Source: Acidimicrobiales bacterium
GTDB lineage: Bacteria > Actinomycetota > Acidimicrobiia > Acidimicrobiales > JAJPHE01
Direction of reading: 5' to 3'
Length of the DNA stretch: 64,000 nucleotides
Assembly (NCBI GenBank): GCA_035695125.1
Contig: DASSEU010000051.1
Location: 197,823 to 261,822 of the forward strand
In this document: positions 57,438-64,000 of the stretch, one piece after another
Layout of the letters: every line of letters starts with the position of its first letter
How positions within the stretch are numbered: the first letter of the stretch is position 1
Notes under the pieces: generated by a model
The model's database searches: none
Told to the model about the DNA's origin: nothing
The model's input: the letters and a program-made list of their open reading frames with translations, nothing else
Made by a program: the position numbers and the translations under genes

Positions 57438-58709
57438 TCAGCCGATGGCGGTGGCCACGGCGTGGATGACCAGGCCGACCGTTGCGCCCACGACGGTCCC
57501 GTTGATCCGGATGAACTGCAGGTCACGTCCGAGCAGGAGCTCGAGCTGGTGTGACGTCTGGGCCGGGTCCCACCGGTCGATGGTGGCGGTCACCAGCCCG
57601 GCCAGCTCGTCCCGGAACTGCTCGGCCAGGGCGCGTGCCCCGGACTCGGCCACCCGCTCGAGGCTGGCGCCCAGGAGCGGGTCGGACTCGAGGCGCCGGC
57701 CGGCGGCCATCAGCACCGCCGCCAGCCGTCGGCGCAGCTCGGAGTCGGGCTCGCCGGCCTGTCTCCGCAGGGCCTCCTTGGCCTCCTTCCACAGCGACGA
57801 CGACCAGTCGCGCAGCTCGGCGTGGTTCAGCACATCGTGCTTGAGCTGCTCACCCCTGTCGCGCAGCTCGGGGGAGGTCTCCAGCCGCTCGGACAGCCCC
57901 GAGATCCACTCCTCGAACTGGCGCCGGACCTCGTCGGTCGGGTCGGCAGCCACGTCCGACAGCCACCGGCGCAGCCGGCTGTGGAGGCGGTCGAACACGA
58001 GGTTGTCCACGGCGTCGGGCACCCAGCGCGGCGACTCGGCCTGGAACCGGTCCCGCAGGGACATGTAGTTGTCGGCCAGGTAGCGATCGGCGCCCCGGAC
58101 GATGGCCTCGAACAGCTCGGCGTGCCGGTCCCCGGCGGTGACGGCGCGCAGGCCCCGACCGGCCAGCGGCGCCACCTCGACGGCGTCGACGGCCCGGACC
58201 AGCTGGTCGGCCAGCACCCCGTGGACCTCGTCCTCGCGGAGCAGCTCGGCCACCTCCACCACCGCGTCGGCGGCATGCCCGGCAAAGCGGCCGGCATTGT
58301 CGGCGTCCCCCAGCCAGGCTGCCAGGCGGGGCACCAGCCCGGCCGACCGGATGCGCTCGGCCAGGACGTCGGCGTTGAGAAAGTTCTCCTGCACGAAGCG
58401 TCCGAGGGTCTCGGCAAACTGGTCCTTGCGCTCCACGATCACCGCCGTGTGCGGGATCGGCAGCCCGAGCGGGTGGCGGAACACCGCCGTGACCGCGAAC
58501 CAGTCGGCCACCCCGCCGACCATGGCCGCCTCGGCGCCCGCCTGCACGTAGCCGAGGACGGTGCCGTGGGCCCCGGCCACCGTCACGGCCACGAACAGGG
58601 CGGTGACCGCGACCAGGAGGGCGGTGGCCCTCCGGCGGGCCCGGGCCAGCTCCCGGACCCGGGGCCCGTCGACGTCCGCGCCGAAGACGGCGGTGCGAGG
58701 CGGGGCCAC
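57438..58709 (-). CDS. DUF445 family membrane protein
   Basis: An N-terminal TM, then a long helical domain typical of DUF445 (YjiN-like). The family assignment is from memory. Confidence 0.6.
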   Translation of the reverse strand: MAPPRTAVFGADVDGPRVRELARARRRATALLVAVTALFVAVTVAGAHGTVLGYVQAGAEAAMVGGVADWFAVTAVFRHPLGLPIPHTAVIVERKDQFAETLGRFVQENFLNADVLAERIRSAGLVPRLAAWLGDADNAGRFAGHAADAVVEVAELLREDEVHGVLADQLVRAVDAVEVAPLAGRGLRAVTAGDRHAELFEAIVRGADRYLADNYMSLRDRFQAESPRWVPDAVDNLVFDRLHSRLRRWLSDVAADPTDEVRRQFEEWISGLSERLETSPELRDRGEQLKHDVLNHAELRDWSSSLWKEAKEALRRQAGEPDSELRRRLAAVLMAAGRRLESDPLLGASLERVAESGARALAEQFRDELAGLVTATIDRWDPAQTSHQLELLLGRDLQFIRINGTVVGATVGLVIHAVATAIG

Positions 58710-58743
58710 GGCGGGGAGTTCTACCCGCTGGGGCGGGGAGGGC

Positions 58744-59208
58744 TCAGATGTAGTCGAGGTGGTGGTGCCGGCCGGACCAGCCGCAGCGACCGGAGGACCA
58801 GCCGCAGCGGCCGCGCCCCCGCTTCATCCAGATGAGCCCGAAGATCAGCATCGGTACCCAGAAGTTGGCCACGATGGCCACGGCCAGCAGCACCGCCAGC
58901 ACCGCCAGCGCCGACCGCACGATCTGGCGGGGCAGCCCGGCGGGCCACCACGGGCCCCGCTGGGGCCGCGCCGGCCCGGGAGCCGGCCGGGCGCTCTGGC
59001 GGCGGGCACCGGGGAGGTCGGCCAGCAGGCGGTCCAGCTCGTCCAGGTAACGGGCCGAGAAGGCCGTGTCCAGGCGCTCCTCGAACTCGAGAAGGGTGAG
59101 GTAGCCCTCGGACGTGGCCCGCCGGAGGGCGGCCACGGTCTCCTCCCGGTCCCGGTCCGACGCCCGCAACCTCCGGGGTCCGGCTGGCCCTGCTGGTCCG
59201 ACTGCCAT
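58744..59208 (-). CDS. DUF1707 (SHOCT-like) domain membrane protein with a Cys/His-rich C-terminal tail
   Basis: DREETVAALRRATSEGYLTLLEFEERLDTAF (DUF1707), one TM, then a tail RCGWSSGRCGWSGRHHH. The start is the internal Met of track ORF 58744..59706. Confidence 0.6.
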   Translation of the reverse strand: MAVGPAGPAGPRRLRASDRDREETVAALRRATSEGYLTLLEFEERLDTAFSARYLDELDRLLADLPGARRQSARPAPGPARPQRGPWWPAGLPRQIVRSALAVLAVLLAVAIVANFWVPMLIFGLIWMKRGRGRCGWSSGRCGWSGRHHHLDYI

Positions 59209-59324
59209 CCCGCCCAAGGTATGCCCAGCGGCGGGCAGGCCGCATCGTCCCGGCGGAGGAAATCCGCCTACTTCTCGGGTACTACCCCGGGGACCGGGCC
59301 GGGGGGCTCCGCCATACTGAGCCG

Positions 59325-60209
59325 GTGAGCGAGGCGGTCGAGCTTCCCGGCTCCGGGGGCATCCGGCTCCGTGCCGACGTCTTCGGGCCGCCCGGGGGGC
59401 GCCCGGTGGTGCTGCTGCACGGTGGCGGCCAGACGCGCCATTCCTGGGGGACGACCGGGCGGCTGCTGGGCGAGCGGGGGTGGCGGGCCCTGGCCGTCGA
59501 CCTGCGGGGCCACGGGGAGAGCGACTGGCCGGAGGACGGTGACTACCGGCTCGACGCGTTCGCGGCGGACATCCGGTCGCTGGCCGCCGAGCTCGGGGCC
59601 CCACCCGTGCTCGTGGGTGCGTCGCTCGGCGGGATGTCGTCCCTGGTCGCGGTGGCCGAGGTGCCGGGACCGGTCGCCTCCGGCCTCGTACTGGTCGACG
59701 TGGCACCCCGGATCGAGTCGGCGGGCGCCGAGCGGATCGGGGACTTCATGCGCGAGCACATGGAGAGCGGCTTCGCGACCCTGGAGGAGGCGGCCGACGC
59801 CGTGGCCGCCTACAACCCCCACCGCCCCCGGCCCCGCGACCTGACCGGCCTGCAGAAGAACCTGCGTCAGCGCCCTGACGGTCGCTGGGTCTGGCACTGG
59901 GATCCCCGCTTCATCAGCGGGGACGGGGGCTCCCCGGACGAGACGCGCGCGTCGATCATGGACCCCGACCGGCTCGAGGCGGCGGCGCGCGGCCTCACCA
60001 TCCCGGTCCTCCTCGTGCGGGGGCGGGTCAGCGACCTCCTCAGCGAGGAGGGGGCGCGGCGGTTCCTGGAGGTCGTGCCGCACGCCGAGTTCGCCGACGT
60101 GGCCGGGGCCGGGCACATGGTGGCCGGAGACCGCAACGACCTGTTCAACGACGCCATCCTGTCGTTCCTGGATCGGCTGGCGCCGGCCCCGTCGGGGCGC
60201 GCCGTTTAG
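59325..60209 (+). CDS. Alpha/beta hydrolase fold protein
   Basis: VVLLHGGGQTRHSW...GASLGGMSSL (nucleophile elbow)...AGHMV. Confidence 0.75.
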   Translation: MSEAVELPGSGGIRLRADVFGPPGGRPVVLLHGGGQTRHSWGTTGRLLGERGWRALAVDLRGHGESDWPEDGDYRLDAFAADIRSLAAELGAPPVLVGASLGGMSSLVAVAEVPGPVASGLVLVDVAPRIESAGAERIGDFMREHMESGFATLEEAADAVAAYNPHRPRPRDLTGLQKNLRQRPDGRWVWHWDPRFISGDGGSPDETRASIMDPDRLEAAARGLTIPVLLVRGRVSDLLSEEGARRFLEVVPHAEFADVAGAGHMVAGDRNDLFNDAILSFLDRLAPAPSGRAV

Positions 60210-60218
60210 AGTTCCGGC

Positions 60219-60362
60219 ATGGCCAACACCCTCGGGAAGCGCTACGTCTGCGCCGAATGTGACGCCCAGCTCCTGGTGACCAAGGCCGGGGACGGTGCCC
60301 TCGAGTGCCACGGCCAGCCCATGACGGTGCAGGCGCCCAAGCCCCTGCCGTCGTCGGACTGA
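60219..60362 (+). CDS. Small zinc-ribbon-like protein (47 aa), not in the ORF track
   Basis: MANTLGKRYVCAECDAQLLVTKAGDGALECHGQPMTVQAPKPLPSSD has CxxC ... C.H. It starts 10 nt after the hydrolase stop. Confidence 0.4.
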   Translation: MANTLGKRYVCAECDAQLLVTKAGDGALECHGQPMTVQAPKPLPSSD

Positions 60363-60375
60363 CCGCCGCCTCCTC

Positions 60376-61296
60376 TCAGCGGTCGAGCCGCGAGATCACC
60401 TCGGCCCCGAAACGGGCCAGACCCTCCCGGGCCGCCGGCAGGCTGGACTGGTCGAGGGGTGCCGACGTCCACGTCACGCCCATGTCGGCCAGGCGGCCGA
60501 TGGCGTCGAGGTGCTCCTCGGCGCCCGCGTCGCGGCCGGGCCGCTCCGGCCCTCCCGTGGCGATGATGTCCACCTCGGCCCGGCTCCTTCCCGCCGCCTC
60601 GATGCGGTCCCACAGGTCCCGGATCATCACGGCCAGCTCGGCCTCGGTCGTGATCGGCGCCGTCCGGGCCGTCCGGAACAGCACCGGTCCCCCCAGCAGC
60701 GGGGCCCAGCCCTGGGCCCAGCGGGCCACCCGGTCCCTCACGACGGTGGCGTTGCCTCCGATCCACAGCGGCGGGTGGGGCTGTTGGACCTGGGCGGGCC
60801 TCAGGGTCTGGCCCACCGCCTTGAAGTGGCGGCCCTCGTAGCTGAAGCTGTCGGTCGACCAGATGCCCCGCAGCACCTCGGCCGCCTCGTCGAAGAGGTC
60901 GTTGCGCTCCTCGAAGTCGACGCCGAGGGCGGCAAACTCCGAGCGCAGGTACCCCGTTCCGAGCACGAACGTGGCCCGCCCGCCCGACACCACGTCCAGC
61001 GACGTCATCGACTTGGCCAACAGGAGAGGGTTCCGGTAGGGGACGACGGTGAGGTAGGTCATCAGCCGCAGCCGCTGCGTGGCCGCCGCCATGTACGCCA
61101 GTCCGACGAACGGGTCGAGCGTCTCGTGGCCGCCGCCCTCCAACCACTTCTTCGACGGGGCGGGATGGTCGGTGAGGGCAATGGCGTCCACGCCGGCGGC
61201 CTCCGCGTCGCGCGCCAGCTGGGCCACGCTCTCGGGCCGCACCCACGCGCCACCGTCGCGGTCGCTCAGCAGGGGGTAGTCGATCATGAACTTCAT
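60376..61296 (-). CDS. Luciferase-like monooxygenase family (LLM class, probably F420-dependent) oxidoreductase
   Basis: MKFMIDYPLL...GVDAIALTDHPAP...RATFVLGTGY. Confidence 0.75.
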   Translation of the reverse strand: MKFMIDYPLLSDRDGGAWVRPESVAQLARDAEAAGVDAIALTDHPAPSKKWLEGGGHETLDPFVGLAYMAAATQRLRLMTYLTVVPYRNPLLLAKSMTSLDVVSGGRATFVLGTGYLRSEFAALGVDFEERNDLFDEAAEVLRGIWSTDSFSYEGRHFKAVGQTLRPAQVQQPHPPLWIGGNATVVRDRVARWAQGWAPLLGGPVLFRTARTAPITTEAELAVMIRDLWDRIEAAGRSRAEVDIIATGGPERPGRDAGAEEHLDAIGRLADMGVTWTSAPLDQSSLPAAREGLARFGAEVISRLDR

Positions 61297-61314
61297 CTCC
61301 GGCGCCTCCCGCAC

Positions 61315-62223
61315 TCAGCCGATCAGGGTCCACCCGCCGCCGGGCCGGCGCGACCACCCTCCGCCGGCACGGGTGCCGCCGTCCACGCTCACCGTCTCTC
61401 CGGTCACGTAGCTGGACATGCCCGAGCAGAGCCACACGATGGCGGCGGCGCACTCCTCGACCAGTCCCTCGCGGCCCACGGGTATGAGGCGCGCCCAGCG
61501 CTCGATATCCTCGGGGCTGTCCTCCGGCCACGAGGCCGGGTCGACGGGCCCGGACCGGTTGCCCCGCAGCCCGGGCGTGATGGTGTGGTCGGGTGCGATG
61601 CCGTTCACCCGGATCCCGTGGCCGCCCAGCTCCAGGGCCATCGTCTGGGTGAAGTTGATCATGCCGGCCTTGCACGCCGCGTACACCGCGTAGTCGGGGG
61701 CGGCCCGGAAGCCCTCGATGCTGCTGACGTTGACGATCGACCCACCCCGCCCGTCCGCCACCATCAGGTTGGCCGCTTCCTGGGTGGCCACGAGCATGCT
61801 CATGAGGTTGATCTCCACATGCCGGCGCATGCTGGCCTCGGGCATGGTGAGAAACGACCCGCCGCGCACACCCCCGGCGTTGTTGACGAGGATGTCGAGG
61901 CTCCCGAACGTCTCGTGGGTCCGGCGGATGGCCGCCCGCAGCGCCTGGGTGTCCATGACGTCGGTCGGCAGGCCGAGCGCGCTGCCTCCCGACCTCGTGA
62001 TGGCCGCCGCCGTCGCCGCGCACCTCTCGGGAATGACGTCGAGGACGGCCACGTTGGCCCCGAAGCGCGCCAGTGCCAGCGCCGCTCCCTGACCGATCCC
62101 ACCGCCGCCCCCGGTGACCACCGCCGTCCGGCCGGTCACGAGGATGTCGTCGGGGGACAGGCCCGGGTTCTCGACGTCGGCGGCCCGCCGCCGCAGCTCG
62201 GCGGGGTGGTATCCGTAGGGCAC
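61315..62223 (-). CDS. Short-chain dehydrogenase/reductase (SDR)
   Basis: TAVVTGGGGGIGQGAALALA...NNAG...YAACKAG is the YxxxK catalytic motif. GTG start inferred inside track ORF 61315..63051. Confidence 0.8.
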   Translation of the reverse strand: MPYGYHPAELRRRAADVENPGLSPDDILVTGRTAVVTGGGGGIGQGAALALARFGANVAVLDVIPERCAATAAAITRSGGSALGLPTDVMDTQALRAAIRRTHETFGSLDILVNNAGGVRGGSFLTMPEASMRRHVEINLMSMLVATQEAANLMVADGRGGSIVNVSSIEGFRAAPDYAVYAACKAGMINFTQTMALELGGHGIRVNGIAPDHTITPGLRGNRSGPVDPASWPEDSPEDIERWARLIPVGREGLVEECAAAIVWLCSGMSSYVTGETVSVDGGTRAGGGWSRRPGGGWTLIG

Positions 62224-62277
62224 GGGGCGGGATAGTACGGTCCCCGGCCTGGGACCAGCCGACCAGGGAGGACGGGT

Positions 62278-62469
62278 GTGAAGGTGCGCATCGATCCGGA
62301 CGCATGCACCGGGCACGGACGCTGCTACAGCCTGGCGCCCGAGGTGTTCGAGCCGGATGACTACGGACACGGCCAGGTGATCCTGGCCGAGGTGCCCGAC
62401 GAGCTGCGTGCCAAGGCCGAGCTGGGAGTGCAGAACTGCCCGGAGCACGCCATCTCCGTCGAGGACTGA
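62278..62469 (+). CDS. Small ferredoxin (single-cluster 3Fe-4S/4Fe-4S type, the kind usually partnered with cytochrome P450s)
   Basis: VKVRIDPDACTGHGRCYSLAPEVF...VQNCPEHAISVED. GTG start. Confidence 0.75.
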   Translation: MKVRIDPDACTGHGRCYSLAPEVFEPDDYGHGQVILAEVPDELRAKAELGVQNCPEHAISVED

Positions 62470-62472
62470 CTC

Positions 62473-63603
62473 GTGCCCGAGCCCTTCCGGGTATCCGTCC
62501 CGGACGAGGCTCTGGACGAGCTCCGCGCCCGCCTCGCCCACGCGCGCTGGCCCAACGAGATTGCGGGGGCGGGGTGGACCTACGGGACCGACCTGGCCTA
62601 CCTGCGCGACCTGGCGGGCTACTGGGGGGACGGCTTCGACTGGCGGGCCCGGGAGGCGGTCCTCAACTCGTTCGACCAGTTCACCACGACCGTCGACGGC
62701 CAGCGGATCCACTTCGTCCACCAGCGCTCGGCGGTCCCCGATGCCCTGCCGCTCCTGCTCGTCCACGGCTGGCCCGGCTCGGTGGTCGAGTTCCTCGACG
62801 CCATTCCCCTTCTCACCAGCCCGCCCGATCCCGCCGACGCCTTCCACGTGGTTGCTCCCTCGCTGCCGGGCTACGCCTTCTCCGGGCCCACGTCGGAGCC
62901 GGGCTGGCACCCGCGGCGAATGGCGGCCGCCTTCTCCCGGGTCATGGCCTCGCTCGGCTACGAGCGCTACGGCGTGCAGGGCGGGGACTGGGGCTCGATC
63001 GTGGTGGCCAACGTGGCCGACCTCGAGCCCGGCCACGTGGCCGGTCTGCATGTCAACTTCCTGAGCGCGCCCCGGCCGGCCGGGGCGCGGACGGCGTCTC
63101 TCCCCGCCGAGGAGCAGACCCGCATCGAGGAGATGCGGGCCTGGCAGCAGAACGAGGCCGGCTACTCCGCCATCCAGGGCACCAAGCCCCAGACCGTCGG
63201 GTACGCCCTCGAGGACTCACCGGTCGGCCTGGCGGGCTGGATAGTCGAGAAGTTCCGGGCGTGGAGCGACTGCGGCGGCGATGTCGAACGCAGCTTCACC
63301 CGGGACCAGCTGCTGACCAACGTCAGCGTGTACTGGTTCACCGCCACCGCCACCTCGTCGGCCCGCCTCTACTTCGAGATGCGCCGGGCGGGAGCGGCGG
63401 CCGTGCCCCAGGCACCCATATCCGTACCGACCGGCGTGGCCAACTACCCAGGTGAGGTGACCAAGGTTCCGCGCTCCTGGGCCGAGCGCCGCTACAACAT
63501 CACCCACTGGGTGGACATGCCCCGGGGCGGCCACTTCGCCGCCATGGAGGTCCCCGAGCTGTTCGTGGACGACGTCCGGGCCTTCTTCCGCACCGTCCGC
63601 TGA
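62473..63603 (+). CDS. Epoxide hydrolase (microsomal-EH-like N-terminal domain plus alpha/beta hydrolase)
   Basis: The EH N-terminal domain (RARLAHARWPNE...GTDLAYLRDLAGYWGD...FDQFTTTVDGQRIHFVH), then HGWPGS...QGGDWGS. Confidence 0.8.
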   Translation: MPEPFRVSVPDEALDELRARLAHARWPNEIAGAGWTYGTDLAYLRDLAGYWGDGFDWRAREAVLNSFDQFTTTVDGQRIHFVHQRSAVPDALPLLLVHGWPGSVVEFLDAIPLLTSPPDPADAFHVVAPSLPGYAFSGPTSEPGWHPRRMAAAFSRVMASLGYERYGVQGGDWGSIVVANVADLEPGHVAGLHVNFLSAPRPAGARTASLPAEEQTRIEEMRAWQQNEAGYSAIQGTKPQTVGYALEDSPVGLAGWIVEKFRAWSDCGGDVERSFTRDQLLTNVSVYWFTATATSSARLYFEMRRAGAAAVPQAPISVPTGVANYPGEVTKVPRSWAERRYNITHWVDMPRGGHFAAMEVPELFVDDVRAFFRTVR

Positions 63604-63617
63604 GCCGATCGCATGCA

Positions 63618-64000
63618 ATGAAGGCACTGCGCTGCAACGCCTACGGGCCGCCCTCCGGACTCGTCGTCGAGGACCTGGTCGATCCCCGTCCCGGGCCCGG
63701 ACAGGTGCTCGTCGGGATCGAGGCCGCCGGGGTCAACTATCCGGACACGCTCATTGCCGCCAACCGGTACCAGGTGTCGGTCCCTGTACCGTTCACCCCG
63801 GGCAGCGAGTTCTCCGGACGGATCGAAGAGGTGGGGGAAGGGGTCACGTCCCTGACGGTGGGCCAGGCGGTCCGGGGCTCGTCAATGGTCGGCGCCTTCG
63901 CCGAGCGCATCGTCGTGGCGGCGGGGTCGGTCAGCCCGGTGCCTGATGGCGTCGACCTCGTGGCGGCGGCGGCGTTCGGTGTTGCGCACGCCACCGCCTA
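63618..64000 (+). CDS. Quinone oxidoreductase / MDR family (N-terminal part; truncated by the window end)
   Basis: MKALRCNAYGPPSGLVVEDLVDPRPGPGQVLVGIEAAGVNYPDTLIAANRYQ. Confidence 0.7.
   Translation, partial: MKALRCNAYGPPSGLVVEDLVDPRPGPGQVLVGIEAAGVNYPDTLIAANRYQVSVPVPFTPGSEFSGRIEEVGEGVTSLTVGQAVRGSSMVGAFAERIVVAAGSVSPVPDGVDLVAAAAFGVAHATA

Noticed and set aside
1-64000. CRISPR arrays, rRNA genes, transposases or integrases, prophage genes
   Set aside because: No direct-repeat/spacer periodicity, no rRNA-like conserved blocks and no recombinase or transposase-like translations were seen in any frame.

Overview
This is a 64 kb GC-rich window (roughly 70% GC by eye) that reads like a high-GC actinobacterial chromosome. 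Gene order at the left end resembles the mycobacterial leuC/IclR(LtbR) ... gltX region. I call about 65 protein-coding genes and 2 tRNAs, and see no rRNA, CRISPR array, transposase or integrase. Because of the GC content every antisense frame carries long open ORFs, so CDS calls rest on recognisable protein families, GC3-rich codon usage and overlap/translational-coupling logic, not on ORF length.

Left to right:
- leuC (truncated at the window edge) is divergent from an IclR regulator. greA is convergent with that regulator. Then comes a leuB-ilvE-cimA operon (citramalate route to isoleucine), a divergent pair of acyl-CoA dehydrogenases, and gltX followed by tRNA-Gln.
- A ~5.4 kb block on the opposite strand sits between tRNA-Gln and tRNA-Glu. 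It carries a PfpI/DJ-1 protein, a Tat-secreted phospholipase-C/phosphoesterase-family protein, and a translationally coupled beta-propeller::phosphoesterase fusion.
- Membrane proteins, a DEAD-box helicase with a C-terminal cold-shock domain, a REC-PAS-GGDEF protein, and an NlpC/P60 gene behind a ~330 bp leader.
- A TetR/haloalkane dehalogenase/sulfatase operon.
- An NfeD(OB-only)/flotillin pair divergent from a coupled membrane-protein pair.
- BluB, a sulfotransferase and a rhodanese.
- A catabolic island: TetR, a lipid-transfer thiolase plus DUF35, a fused double CaiB CoA-transferase, two amidohydrolase-2 genes, coxMSL-like molybdenum hydroxylase subunits and a RibD-like reductase.
- A sugar ABC transporter, a signal-peptide-less HiPIP-like 4-Cys protein, several oxidoreductases, and a ferredoxin/epoxide hydrolase pair.

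The most unusual items are the beta-propeller::phosphoesterase pair that splits the tRNA-Gln/tRNA-Glu array, the probably cytoplasmic HiPIP-like protein, the DEAD-box::CSD fusion, the anchor-less NfeD/flotillin locus and the molybdenum hydroxylase/CoA-transferase island. All coordinates derived by hand-indexing may be off by 1 nt.
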